From Vicugna vicugna (lineage: Eukaryota): DNA of 64,000 nt. Below, piece after piece: positions 1-13,524 of the stretch. Numbering within the stretch: the stretch's first letter is position 1; every line of letters starts with the position of its first letter. Below the pieces are notes generated by a model. That model made no database searches, was not told where the DNA came from, and saw only the letters and a list, made by a program, of their open reading frames with translations. Location: assembly GCA_013265495.1 (NCBI GenBank), contig MU058636.1, positions 2,294,001-2,358,000 on the forward strand, in the 5' to 3' direction. The position numbers and the translations under genes are program-made.

Positions 1-110
1 AGATGAGACTCAAAGAAGTCATGCAATTTGCCCAAAACACACAGCCTGCAGCAGAAGGGGCTGGGAGCCGACCCACAGCTCTGATGCGGACCCGGCACTG
101 ACTTCCCACC
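1..110 (-). mobile_element. MIR fragment
   Basis: gagactcaaagaagtcatgcaatttgcccaaaacacacagc resembles the MIR core. Confidence 0.6.
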
Positions 111-1522
111 CTACGTTACATCCACTTCCGAATAAAAGATGCAACTGTCACACAGAACAATGCACAGAGTATGATGTAACTTTCAGTAAAACAAACAGTC
201 CTCGGTGTGCGTGCCTGGAAAAGGTCCAGGTGGATGGTCACCGCCCTGCTGACCCCTTCTGAGGAGGCAGGCCCTCACCTCTTGCTTTACATACTTTAAA
301 TATTTCTGTTGTTTGGATGTTTTTAGAAAGAGCATGGGTTATGTTTGTAACGTGCCATCTATACATGCTAACACTGAGGAAACCATCACCAGGATTTGGA
401 GGTCAAGGGCAAGCTTCTCAAGTGTAGCCCATGGGGCAGGACTTCTGTTCTCCCACTGACATTGCTTCCCTAAACCTTTGTCCTCTTCACTATCAACCGG
501 GATCATAGCCCTGCCTGGGGGGCCTTGGGGAGATTCTCAGTACGTACACCATCTCTACATTCTATTACCTATAAGCATTATAATACTCTATGTCGTTCTT
601 CACACTGCAGTATCTTGAAATTTCTTCCTTATTTAAAAATCTGGCAGTCAACCTAGGGTACCTCCCGTTTCTGTGGTTGCGGAACCCTGGTCAAACTCAC
701 ATAAGACTTCAATGGTGGTTCAACACATTGGAAGCTTCCAAATTCCAAATCCCTTTTCCTGGCACCAGGCCTGCCCTGACTCCACACTCTGGGAAGGCTG
801 GTGATTTCCCATGAAGTAACACTGGGTAAGGATTAGGCCATTTTTCAAAGCTTGTTTTCTCTTTTAATCATGGGGGTGGGGGAATCAAACTTAGTCAAAA
901 CAAAACAGCAACAACATGTTGCCAGAGATGTCTGCGGGGAAAGTGGAGATAAACAAGATGCTCTCCTGGGTCTCCTGATGGCAGCTGACCGCAGCTCACT
1001 GGCACCTGCAGGTGCCAGGCCCCGGGTTTTATCGGGCCCCATCTGTTACCCCCACGGTTCTACAAGAGCTCACTGCAAGGGACCAATGCTCACCTTGGGG
1101 TTTCTAAATGTCAGGGCAGCCCTCAGTCACCAACAGTTCCATGTTTTTGTTTTTAGTAAGAGAGAACAAATAAACCCTGCAGACTGCTTCGTCTGCAGTG
1201 TTGCTGATGACGGGGAAACTGCACATCAAGGACACGCTTTAGATGAATGGGACCTACAGGAGCCTGACATAATTCGATGAGCAGGACCTATGGAAAAGTA
1301 CCTGCTTTTAAGCCCTTGTTGAAACCCTCCATTCAGCTTCTCCAATAAAAACTCCAGAATTTCACTGGTACTTCTGACATCGGGTGAAATGAACACCCGC
1401 TTCCTGGAGGAAGCTGACTTTAAGTTGAAGGGAAAGGAAAGACTGATCTGCTCCCTGCGGGAAGCAGGGAGATCCCGGTCATCACCCCAGCCCTTTCATT
1501 CGAACACATAGCCGTGGAGACC

Positions 1523-1672
1523 CGGGAGCAGGGCCTACCTGGGAGGAAGTTCGGGAGCAGGGCCTACCTGGGAGGAAGTTCCGAGCAGGATACGGAGGTG
1601 GCAGGAGGGGCTGGCCAGAGCGCACGCAGGGCCTGAGCTGTCCCGCTGGGCCTGAGCTGTCCCGCTGGGCCT
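1523..1672. repeat. Two short perfect tandem duplications (29 bp x2.3; 19 bp x2.3)
   Basis: CGGGAGCAGGGCCTACCTGGGAGGAAGTT at 1523-1551 and 1552-1580; GGGCCTGAGCTGTCCCGCT at 1629-1647 and 1648-1666. Confidence 0.95.
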
Positions 1673-4600
1673 CTGACACAAATGGGATGCGGCGTTTGGG
1701 TTACAAAGTGGTCCTGGCATTGAAGGGAGAAAACAGAGGTGCTGCCTTCTCACACACGTGGGGGATGGGACCCCGGAACAAGTGATGGGGAGCGTGATGA
1801 AAAAGATCTAGGTCCCAGCAAGAGCCAGGTTAGAGGCAGTGGAGTGTTGGCGTCCCGCTCACACACCTGGAAGTCGTCCACAACGGCCCAGAAACAAAAG
1901 GCCGGTCCGTCTTCTTTTAAAGGAAGAGGAGTTGTTTATAAGAGGGGAGCGTGAGTAAAGGCGGGAGAAATGAACTTTTCGTGAATATTAGAGGGTGTTT
2001 ATCAGGGTCTGACAGGGTGTGTGGGAACGGGAGGGTCTAAGAATGAGCATTCATCAGAGAAAGAGCTCAAGGCCTCCCAGCCAATTCCCAGATTAGAAAG
2101 AATGAAGCAAGAATTAGAATCAGGGGAAGTGAGGGGGTGGCCTAGGGAGGGGGAGGGGCAGCGACGACATTTGGGGAGCAGCTCCCACAGACCAGGCAGC
2201 ATCCTGCACCCTTCAGCTGCCCACCTCTCTCTTCTCCATAGCCCTGAGTAGCTTCTAGAATTCTACTCTACAGAGGAGGAATTCTGAGGCTCTGAAGTTA
2301 AATAATATGTTCAAGCTTATGCAGCCATGAAAGGAGGTAGACATGGGGTCTCACCTCACTTCTGCCTGGAGCCAAAGTCCCTTGTTCCATCCCCTCTGCC
2401 ATGCTGTCACTCAAGGTGGGGCCAGACCATGGAACACCTGGAAAAAAAAAAACCAGCTTGAGAAAGTTGAGAGCAATATGAAAGTACTGAATCACTCTGA
2501 ATGACCCTCTCAAGGGCCGCGACGTCTTGCGAGGGCCTGGCTTGTGCCAGGCCATGCGTGTCCTACGTGACATGGAGGCTGAGTAGGAGAGTTTAATATT
2601 TTGGCATATTGTCTTTCTGGGCGTGGTGCCCCATTGCTACAGGCTGCACACCCAGACAACATTGTGTGAGGGTTGCTGCTTACCTGGAAACTCCGGGCAC
2701 CAGGATTTTAACTGCAAGAGTCAGAAGGGGTCCGCCCTGTGCAGGTATCTTGCTATAATAATAGCTGGTGGCTGGCTGTGACCCAGGCCCTTGTGAAGAT
2801 AAAAGGAAGCATCGAGAATGCTTGAACCCACGCTGTGAAATAAGGCCAATCTGGGTACTTCCAACTAACTTATTATTTTATGCAATCAATTGTACATTGT
2901 ATGGAAAGGAGTTCTGGTGTAAATTCCCAAACTCTTCTCCCTAAAGAATAAAAAAACAAAAACAAAAATCTCTTAGCCAGAGGTGGCTAAGAGAATGTTC
3001 TGGTCTGGTCTGAAGTCCTCTCCATCTTGGGTTTTCAAGGCCTGGTGATTCTCCTAAGCATTTTCCATATTGATCTTGTCATACACCTCCAGGAAGGGCT
3101 ATGTATCCACATGGGACATGCTCAAATTTCACCTTACGCACTAAATATTTGGTAATCATATTCCTAAGGAGGTTTGTTCTCTGCCACAGGCTCACTCAAA
3201 TGCCCGTTACTCCTGACTGCTGTTTTGCAGGGGGTTTCTCCACCTTTACCAGGCCCCACAAGTCTGAAAACCCATTGTTCTGGCCAGTGGCATTTGAATT
3301 CTTTCCAGTTTGTGTCAGAAGAGATATTACTCAGCTTCTTTTGATGGGAAGAGTGACCTCTTAATTTGGGATCCTCCTCTGATCAAGCCCAGGGGTGCTG
3401 GGACACTCGGTGTGTGGTCCATCACAACTCTTCAGGGATTGCAGCTCAGGGGGCTTCCTCTTAACTATTTCATCCTCACTACGGTGGGGGAATGCACACA
3501 TGATGCATCAAATGCAGGAGAAAGGAGAGGGTCGTGTCCTGGCTCTGGTCTCAGCATTCCAGGCTCAGAGATGACGCGGCAGAGGGCTGACAAAGCTCCT
3601 GGCTGCCTTACACACTTCCAGGGAGCGCACCGTGTCTTCCTCATCACACAGAGCTGGGCCCTGTCAGTCCTCCGGTCAGCCTGCACTGCCCAAGACTGCC
3701 TCCCACCAGCCACCTACCCCAGCACGCACCCTGGCCTCTCCTCTCTGTAAGTCACGTACCAAGATCTGTGGGACGTCTGCAGCGGAAAATAAACAGCCCC
3801 GAGACCTCACACTCCCCACCCTTCCTCACCCAGCCTGCCCTGTTGCCCAACTCCTCTGTCCCCGTGGCTGTGCCAGTGTCCTGCTGCTTCTGCAAGCCTG
3901 AAGCCTTGGTAATCTCCGCTGCCTCTCGGGTTTTCATCACTCACCAGCAGCCGCCAGGGACCGCGGCTTCCTCCTCCAGAGCCCGCCTCTCCTCTGCCGG
4001 TACCTCTCCCTTCAGCACAATCCCATCTGAATCCTCTGACCAGGCCCAGCCGGCTTTGCACCTGCAACACTGTTCTTCGTAGTGACTCCCCCGATGCTCC
4101 CACCCCACCCCTCTTCCCTGAAGCCTGATCTTCAACAGCCTGTAACCACGTCTCCGGCTTGGCCATCTCTTCTCCTACACCGGGTCCCTCTGCAATCGTC
4201 TCATCAGGTCAAACAACACTGTTCTGCCCAGATCTTTCCCCAGCGGCTCATCCACTTCCTCCATCTTCCCCCGACCCTCCTTGACCAGCTCTGTTCTGCT
4301 CAAGAAGCCTTTCTGGCCCCACCCCCACCCCCAATCCACACACCTCAAGTTCACTCCCCAGCTGTGGACACGCGCCTAAGCCAGCTTGGTCCTGGGCTTC
4401 CTTCTCACCCACGGCCAAGGGTTCCCACTCCCTTCTCCCCCTCCCTCTCTCTGGATTGCAATTTGCAAAATAGGCTCAATCCACTGCACTGTCTCATCTG
4501 TCATTTCTGACCTTTCTCAGGTTTCAAGATAATCTGTTTCCTTATAAATTTTTTTGGTGGGGTGAGGGTAGGAGCAGCTATAACCGGGAGGGAAGCTTGC

Positions 4601-7270
4601 TCAAATTGGTCCCAGGACTCACTGTTTCGGGAAGGCAGGACAAAAGGCTCATTTCCTATTGGTCCACATGTGAATCCATCAAGGCGAAGGGCTGGAGGGC
4701 CATCCCAGCCGTGCTCAGATTCTGAAAATTAAGGCTCCATGTTCCAGTTCTTTCCATTCAGCAGCTGAAATGTTTTCTTTCCATCCGTTTTCTTCCCATG
4801 TCTACATCCACATTGAGTGTCATACTCTGCTGTTTCTAATGGTTAAGAAACGAGAAGGGAATCTTATCCAAGGGAGCAGCATGGAAGTCGAGGGTGATGT
4901 GTGTCACGTTTATAAGTGCATTTATCATTTGCTGGATCCAAAGACTGGCTGATCTTTGAGGGTCTCCTGGGGGGGTTGGGGGGTGGCTGTGGCTCACCCT
5001 GGGGACATGAAAGCTGGTGGCGGACCTATCGGGGAGTACTCATCTGCAGGAACTCTCCTGGAGGCTGACATCTTGCTTGCATCATTAGCACTAAGACCTG
5101 GCCCCACCCAACCTAAACTCTGTATGGCTTTGTCTTTCTTTTCTCCTAAGTTCCCATGAGGATGAACTAGGCCTTCTCTTCACATCCTCCAATGGCTCCC
5201 TCACCCACACAGCGCGTGTTATACCACCAACGATGATACCATGAATCAATCATGGAGGGAGATTCAGGATAACCCAAGAGCTGTTTTTCCAGACAAGATA
5301 GGTTCAGTGGGGTCAGGGGAGGGAATGGGAGGAAAGGGAGCCTGGGACCAGGCACCGATGAGCTCCTGAGATGAGGCAACATCTAGCAAAACCACAGGAC
5401 AGACACATTCTGCTCTTGTCCCCCACCCCGTCACAGACATAGCAAAACGTCCCTTAATCCAGATCTAATCCTGAGAGAAGGAAAGGGAAAGAGAAACGGG
5501 AGGATCCTAGTTGACAGCAGGGTTACCCCAAAGCAACAGCGTTGAAACTGGAAGTGACTGAGTTACTGGAATTGGCAAGAGCCTGGCTTCCACCACCAGG
5601 AGGAAACGGGGCTGATGAGCTGAGCTGGCTTCATCACAAGTCTGTGGAATTCCTCCCGTCTGTACAAGGGATGTGCCTGGCAGACAGCCCGCAGAAACGC
5701 ATGACTTGTGAACTGGGCTCTCTGGGACGGCAGGGGCTTTAGAGGCAGCCCAGGTGGAGCCTGTCACTTCAGAGACAAGGACCCAGGACCTGAGGAGGAG
5801 GCTGGATGTGGCCAGCAGCAGGGATCCAGCACCAGTGCCCACGCCCTGCCTCCCAGGCCAGGTTTTCCATCACTCACCACTGCCTGCCCAGCTCTGTTCT
5901 CTGCAAGCAGATGCCACACTGAGTGTAACGAGGAGGGGCAAACTGAGTTAATAAAACAGCGCTGCTTTAAATGAAAGGGCTCCATAGTTCCAACCACCCG
6001 CGGGCCTGTGCATATGTGAAGGATGTGAAATCGATGTGGAGATGTGGGGCGTGGGAAGGAACATTTTAGCATCAAAATCTAGGTGGGGCAGAGTGGGGTC
6101 TGGGGAGTGGCCCAGGGTCTGGGTGACTCGGGGTCAGACGTGGGGCACTTGGAGTCACCCTCCTGCCGGGTGTGGAGCAGCAGAGCCCTGGCCAGCCACC
6201 CCTGCCGCTACAGAACTGAACGCCAGTCATGCCTCACTCAAAGGACATTCGCTCTTCCTTGCATAGGAACGGGGTCTTCCAAAAAGTTTTACCCATTTTC
6301 ACAACTATCTAACACTTTTTCACAGTTACAGAGAAGAAGCAAACCCAACTTGTCCTAACTTGTTTTGAGTGTTGTCCTATTCCAGCTGCCCCTCGGCCTC
6401 GAAGCCGAGGAGAGAACGTCTTTGCGTTGGAGTGAGGAGTCACAGATGATCATTCTGCGGTGATTACGGATTCCTCTTCCCCACGTTAATGCCTCATTTC
6501 CCCCACGGAATCGACTATGTGTAGCACAGAAGCAGAGAAATGTATTTAAAAGCTTACTGTGAGTAATCTCATAAGCTTATTATGAGAACATTTATTCCCA
6601 GTGATGTGAAAGCGAATACCTCTTTACACAGCGTCTAGGTAAGTGCGCGTGATGTTCAAGCAGCACTTGCTGAATGGAAAGCATCTCGGTCATCGTAGCC
6701 ACATGCCTCCATCAATCTCATTGGAGGGAATAGGTTGCAGCTTATTGTGTTCATCACGTCTGTCATCCAGGGCATGGCTGTCCTTAGAGGATAAGGCACA
6801 ATGCTCAAGTGGGTGAACCCAGTTTGCTGCATCAAATTGGTTCTCGCTGGCTTTTGGGGGGGGGGAAGGGAAGGGGAGAGAGGCCCCTGGGGCCTTTGGC
6901 TCTGGAGCGATCATATGCTTGTGCTAATGCCCAAACAACGGCTGCAACTGGGTCCTGAGTGGTCGGGCCGGGGGCTAGGAAGTGGGGCGGACTCAGTGGT
7001 GCTGTGGATTCAAAGGGGTGAAGCTGAGGACTGGGAGCCCAGGCGGAGGCTTGCGGTGCTTTTTGCTCACAGCCCCCCAGGCGACATGACGTTTACATGG
7101 GCACTCAGCACCACTTCCTTACACGGAATGTTGAAGAGCAGCTGCGTTCTCTCAGGTTGTTTTGTGCAGGGCAGCGTCAAAGGTAACAGTAGTAACACTG
7201 ACTGTGAATGCTGTGCTTAGCACGTCACTCACGCACCAAGTACCGTAGGAGGAAGGTGCTGCGGACCCGC

Positions 7271-7675
7271 TGCAGACTGGAAGCTTTGATCCTCCCCACT
7301 CCCCAAATTCATATGCTGAAACCTGATCCCCAAGGTGCGGCGTTAGGAGGTGGGGCCTTTGGGAGGGGATTCGGTCATGAGGGTGGCGCCCTCTAAATGA
7401 GATTTGTGCCCTTATAAAGAAGAGACGCCAACAAAATAAAAATAAAAAATACAATAAATTAAAAAAAAAAGAGTGCCCCTTTCGTCCCACAAGGACACAG
7501 CAAGAAGGCGCCATCTGTGAACCAGGAGGTGGACTCTCGCCAGACACTGACTCTGCTGGCGCCTTTGATCTCGGACTTCTCAGCCTCCAGAACTGTGAGA
7601 AATACATTTCTGTTGTTTATAAGCCATCCAGGCACCATGGTAGTTGTTACAGTGGGTGGAATGTAAAGTAAAACC
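7271..7675 (+). mobile_element. MaLR solo LTR (MLT1A-like)
   Basis: Typical motifs: ccccaaattcatatgctgaaacc, ggtggggcctttgggagg, ttgatctcggacttctcagcctccagaactgtgagaaatacatttctgttgtttataagcc. Confidence 0.85.
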
Positions 7676-8324
7676 CCTTTTACAGATAAGAGGTCTCTGT
7701 GTGTGGTGGACACGGACGGAAGTGGGCAGCTGAACCCTCCAGCATGTAAACTTGCTTCTTTTTATTTATAACATTGATATAATACTCACCTGGGCCTGCT
7801 AGGGAGGTGGAGCCAGCTGTGGCCCCACACACTCTGCAGGGACCACGCCGGGCTGCTTCTCTGTGGACCAGCAGGGCCAGGTCACCGTGTGCCCTCTCCT
7901 CCTGTTCCGATCACCTCGGTAACCATGCAGTTATTTGTTTACCCCTTCCCCACTGCGTACTGCACAGCGGCCAAGACCCCAGCTCTGCCACGCTCACCAT
8001 GGTCTCCAGTTTCTCTACGATGCCTGGCACGTGGGTGGAGGCCCTCAAAGACCCGGCTGGATCCAAAGATCTGTTCTATTCATCTGTAACACAGGTAGAA
8101 CTGAGCTGACGGAATGGACAGTCTTAGCGTTCATCTTGCTTGGTTGAAATCGATACATTCCAAATATATGAGACATTTCTAATGTCTGAAATAGTCCAAA
8201 AACAATGGTTTTCCAAGATAGCAACCTATTTGAGATGTCTATTAAAAAGGTACAATTTTCTACGCAGAATGTTGAGCACGTGACCGGCATTTTCTCATTC
8301 AGTTCTTATCACAACTCTACTTTG

Positions 8325-8452
8325 TCTGTCTTTCTTTCTTTCTTTCTTTCTTTCCTTTCCTTTCCTTTCTTTCCTTTTCTTTCTTTCTTTCTTTCTTCCT
8401 TCCTTCCTTCCTTCCTTCCTTCCTTCCTTTCTTCCTTCCTTCCTTTCTTTCT

Positions 8453-8523
<71 letters not shown>
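8325..8523. repeat. Compound (TTTC)n/(TTCC)n microsatellite
   Basis: About 200 bp pyrimidine-only tract, seen directly. Confidence 0.98.
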
Positions 8524-9029
8524 GTTTCAGATGCACTGGCACAATACTGGGTGAATTTTAATTGGGTTAATTGGTTCAGGACACACTGTTGTTCCAGGCA
8601 TGGCCCTCTTTCATTCACCTTTTATTCATTTATTCATATTTTAAATAACAAAACAAACTTGCTAATGAACTTACTGCCCAACCCAAGAGCCAGAACATGA
8701 ACAATAATTTGCATCCATCTCTCTGCCCCCCCAACCCATTCTCTTGCTCTCCTCACACAACCATTATCTGGAACTTTGCATTTCCTTGTTTTTTTTGCTA
8801 TTTTATGTCCCAATACTTTATTGCTTAGTTTTAGTTATATTTGGACTTCATGCGAAGGGTGGCACACTTCTGTCCACTCGGCGTTCCATTCCTTGGATTC
8901 ATCCACGCTTTCACAAGGAGTTGCAGTTCGTTCATTTACCAGGCTGGGTCATTTTTCCATTCGCTCGTCTGTTGATGGGCGTTTCTGTGGCTTTCCCTTC
9001 TTCATTATGAAGGGCTGCTGCTCTTGGGT

Positions 9030-9180
9030 ATAATGCTGATTTTACAGAGGAAGAAACTGAGGCACAGAGAAGTTAAACACCTCAACTAAGATCTCTCAGC
9101 CAGTAAGTGGCTGAACCGGGATTTGAACCTAGATCTCTCTTGCTCTAAAGTATGTGGTATTTCACTACTTTATTCTGTAG
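9030..9180 (-). mobile_element. MIR
   Basis: attttacagaggaagaaactgaggcacagagaagttaa...gggatttgaacctag. Confidence 0.85.
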
Positions 9181-9557
9181 CCTCCATCAGTTTTCCTACA
9201 AGAAAAAGGTAACAGAGGTAAAGAGCACATTTTCCTTCCTCATTGTGCTGGTAGAAAATTACCCCACCCTCGCTTTGTCTGTAGAAGAAGAAAAAGTTGT
9301 AAGTTGAGTTAATTAGCCTTCCAAATAAAACCACTTACCCTCTTAGATGCAGTAGCTAGCCACTCCTCCCATTTCAAAAAGTGACATTGTTGGGTACAAT
9401 ATTTACCTCAGAGACTACATGTCCAAAGAGTTCGGCTTCTATGATCAGTTTAGCTTTTGGTTTGGGACCTACATTCCCTTTAAATGGAATCAATTGCACG
9501 TGCCTGTGTGTATTTTTTTTAGGCACTATATATAAAAATAGATTTTAAAAAAGCTTC

Positions 9558-9714
9558 TTCTGTATAGCACAGGGAACTATGTTCAATATCTTGTAATAAC
9601 CATTAATGAAAAAAATGAAAACGAATATATGCATGTATATGCATGACTGGGACATTGTGCTGCACACCAGAAATCGACACATTGCAATTGATTGTACTTA
9701 AATTAAAAAAAAAG
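9558..9714 (+). mobile_element. 5'-truncated young L1 3' end with A tail
   Basis: ctgtatagcacagggaactatgttcaatatcttgtaataacc...acaccagaaatcgacacattgcaattgattgtacttaaattaaaaaaaaa; similar to the L1 3' end at 53320-53468. Confidence 0.85.
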
Positions 9715-10499
9715 TTTTAAAGAAGAAAATGATAGAACAAACAAGTAATATGTTCATTTCTACAGCCTACTGTAATGTTCCTAGAAGCAAGCTCACTAAA
9801 CTTACGTCTTCACATTAAAAATAAGGTTTTACATGGCAAACAGCTCAGTAAAATAAAAGAAGCTCTGATCATATAAACTGTAGATCACAATTTTACAACA
9901 GGAATGATCTCACTTGTTTGTGAAGGAACTTTTCAGAGAAAGCGCATAGTTATCTGGAATGTAGAAAGGTAGGAAGGAACACAGTGTGTGTCTGTGTTCA
10001 TGCAGCTTGCTCTTTGAAAAACTAGTTCTCGCTGTGCTTTGGGCACTAAACCGTGTAAACTTCAAATTTGTGTCGATGTTAAATGTGGGCCAGATTGAGG
10101 TCTGATTTTTCCACAAGGTCATGTTCTCCCAGCCTGACCAGCCCCAGAAACCTCACTGACCCGGGGCTCCCACCTCTGTTTTCCTTAAGACAGACCATTC
10201 TGTGGGCAGTTTCTTCAACAGCTGTTTCTCACATCTGTTTCCAACCCTTCTGTGGATGTGGACTTGAGGCATATGGATGTTTTAACAGTTGTTTAAAAGT
10301 ATAAAACAACAACAACAAAATGTTTAGATATAGAACAACTTTACAGAAAGTTTAGAAAATAGAAGGAAAAGAATCTAGCACACTCTCACCACCCTCATTC
10401 AACGCTGGCCACAGTTGTAGACGTCCTCTGCACCCTGGCCTGCGTGTGGACACGTCGTCTATACGGGTGAACAGGGGTACGTCTACGAGTCCCTCTCTG

Positions 10500-10920
10500 G
10501 TGTCTTAGCTTGAATTTTCCCAGAAGCAAGGTATTTACGCAAAGGTAGTTTATTTGGGAGATGCAGGCAACACCGCTGCGGTTATGGGGAATCAGTGCGG
10601 GGAAGGGAGAGCAGCCAATAAAGAGCACGTGTATTAAGTGACAGAAGTTTAATCCCCAAGGATATTTGGGGACACGGTGCAAAGCACACAGCACAAAGGG
10701 GTACTGGAGCACTCCCCCCACCTACTGCTTAAGGGCTGCTTGCGGGTGGACAAAGGGAGCTAATTCCTCATGTGTGTGTGTGTGTGTGTGTGTCTGTGTG
10801 TGTGTGTGTCCGTCCCCACAGCTGGGGGTGCGTGGGGAAGAGCCTCCAGGTTCAGAGATGTTCCTGGCAGCTGAAACTTGGCTGGAACAACTGAGAACCC
10901 AAAGTGACACGGGCAGACCC
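10500..10920 (-). mobile_element. Old ERVL-type solo LTR (LTR33-like) with internal (TG)n
   Basis: tgtcttagcttgaattttcccagaagc...tagtttatttgggag...gggaagggagagcagccaata; (TG)n at 10771-10809. Confidence 0.55.
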
Positions 10921-11809
10921 AGAGCGCCCGCTCTCCTTTCCTGCTTACCTCGCACTAATTATGACACCTCCCTCTACTTCCTTGTTGCCGCCCAGTCTTT
11001 ACCCTGATGAGATTAATTTCCACATCATATTTCATAATGGAATCATAGTTTAACGATCCCCCTAATACTGGATCTTTACATTGCTTCAAAATGGAACGAG
11101 AGAGTCGGCAACAAAGGGCTGACTCATTTCTGTGCAAGCTCTAAAAGCTGGAGTTGTGCACCACGGGGCGGCAACAGGCGTTCTTGCACACACTGAGACT
11201 CCTCCAGTCAAACGAGCCACGCTACCCCCTCAGAGGAAAACGACCGAGGATCGCGACCGGCAGCCCGGCAACCTTGCTCTGAATCGGATGCACCGTTACT
11301 TAGAGAGACACTTCAATTGCTGGGATGTGTCCATGTGATGGATGTACTTTGTTCTCCACATTTTCTCAGGTCGATATAGTTTGTATATCAACACTTTGTA
11401 CCAGGGCTGTGGTACTTAGGAAGCACAACGCTATCAAAGCATTTGGTTCCAGAAAGTAACATTGAAGCAAGAGACCTAGATTTGGCTGTGCTCAGTCACC
11501 AAGTAGATGTGCCGTCCTGGGGGGGCCTCCTGCGTCCCAGGGCTGCACCTGGAAACCAAGGTGTGTGGCAGACACGCTCTGTGGCATCTCCTACAGCCAT
11601 TGCCACCCTCCTCGGTCTTCCTTGAATTTTACATAGATGCCAGGTGGAGAGTCCCTGTTCTCGGGGAAATCAGTCCTGACACAGCCCCAGGGGAAAGTCG
11701 TAATTGGCTTGAGTCATTTGAAGTAATTCCTTCCTCCTTAGCCACATACGCAGTTTCCCAGCTTCCTCTGAAGTTAGGCAAGGCCGAGTTAGAATAATAA
11801 TTCGTACAC

Positions 11810-12040
11810 GACGTAACACTTCCCACATGCCACTCTTCAAGAACTTTCCGTAATATCTTAATTCATTTAATTCTTACAACAACCCTAGGGGCTTAGCGTA
11901 CTGTTATCATCCTGTTTTTACCAAGGAGGAAACTGCAATAGAGAAGCGAAGTAAGTTTCCTAGGGGCACATGACCAGTAAGTGTTGGAGCAAAGACTCTC
12001 ACCCAGGCCCGTCTGTCGCCAAGATCGATGCTCTTTGTCA
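11810..12040 (-). mobile_element. MIR
   Basis: attcatttaattcttacaacaaccctag...gttttaccaaggaggaaactg. Confidence 0.7.
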
Positions 12041-13524
12041 TCTGCAGGATCCAGGCTTGTCTTCATGCAACCAGGAGTCTATCTGACCCAATGCCTGAAT
12101 CAGCAAAGGTTGTGCACGGCGACACTGGCTTTCCCATCACCTCTTCCTCATCACTGATGATTCCCACAGGAGTTACCGCTTGGCTTTCAGTGATCAACAA
12201 TTGTAGTTTCTCTTCAGGGCCTCACAGCTAACTATAGATATTAGTCAAAATCACGTTACAGAAAGGTAGCAGGTAGGAATGCTTAATTCCCTCTTTCCCC
12301 CGCTTTTAAGGTTAGGTTGTGCAGATCAGACTGCTTGCAAAATTGTCTTCCTGGAGGAACTGTCTCACACGTGCCCCCACACACGTGCACACACTCACAT
12401 GCACACCCGGGGCACCCACATCAGTGGTGCTTCAGGACAGACTTTCCTTCTCTGTGCTCTTTCCTCGACTTCCTATTTGAAGAAGCTTTTCCTCACCACC
12501 ACCACCCCAATCCGCTCTCAGCTCTTTAGGTTCCCAACTTCTACTTTTTCTTTAGTTTTTCTGTTGACTCTTATTTTTTGTCTGAGATACACCATCATCT
12601 TTCATGTAAAAAGGATGGGCTCTTTTCAGAGAGTGTTTACTTTCTGTCTTAGCAACTTAACACCTTTCCCAATTCCACAGGGCCTTTGGGTCCCACCTAT
12701 CTTGACCCCAATCCCCAAAGTAGCAACATCACAGACGCCAGGCAGTAATGTCCTCACTGTCCACTGTCAGCGACATCGGGCTCTCTGGCAAGCACTGCTC
12801 ACTCCTCATTCAAGGCCCACGGCGTGGAATTGCAGTCCTGGGGAAAAATGACTTGAGGTTTTGCTTGAAGAACAATTCTCAGTTCTTGGAGAAATCACAT
12901 AGAATGACAGAGTGGCCAGAACACTCTGGAAATGGGTAAGAAAACTCCGTCTCAGTGCTCAAATGGGAGAAGGCTGAATGACAGAAACTGCAGCCTTCAG
13001 CTCAATCCACCCTGGGCATGACCGTGAGCATGCAGAAAAGATGCCCAGGAAGAGGCCCTAAGAGTCATCATGAACTCGCTGAGAACAAATCAGGCAGCAC
13101 GGCCTTGCCTTCACTTCTGAGAGAGCTGGTAAATGAGAGGGGCAAGTCTTAAGCTTGGCTCTTAATATGGCCAGTGGAAGGAGGGTGGAGCAGAGTTATT
13201 TATAACTTGCCCTCCAGGGATTAGACATATATTCAGTCTCTATTAATCTGTTTCTGCCTCTTAAATATAAAAGAGAAAACTTTAACCTGGGTAATTGTTA
13301 CATGTAAATGCTTAGAGGGCTGTTGTGTAGAAAAGGATTAGATCTCAGGAGGCAGAACCAGGATAAGTGTGCAAACCACAAGGAGGCTGCTCTGCACTCC
13401 ATACAAGGACAAACTAACACTTAGAGCAGAGTTTCTTAAACCTGAGTCATGTACACACCCCCTGATACAGAAAAAATATTCTTGCAAATCCCCAGGGTTT
13501 ACAAATATTTTCCTAAAACGTTTC

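Noticed and set aside
1523..1672. Repeats of CRISPR-like length
   Set aside because: The units are directly adjacent with no spacers, there are no cas genes, and the context is mammalian.
2941..2994. Hairpin plus T-run on the minus strand resembling an intrinsic terminator
   Set aside because: Eukaryotic intergenic context with no Pol III gene upstream. Kept only as a structural note.
590..7250. Many overlapping 60-150 aa ORFs in the GC-richer first 7 kb
   Set aside because: No recognisable protein motifs or coherent exon chain. ORFs on both strands are expected in GC-rich non-coding DNA.
8205..8618. ORFs with KERK / FLSF repeats
   Set aside because: They are translations of the (TTTC)n microsatellite.
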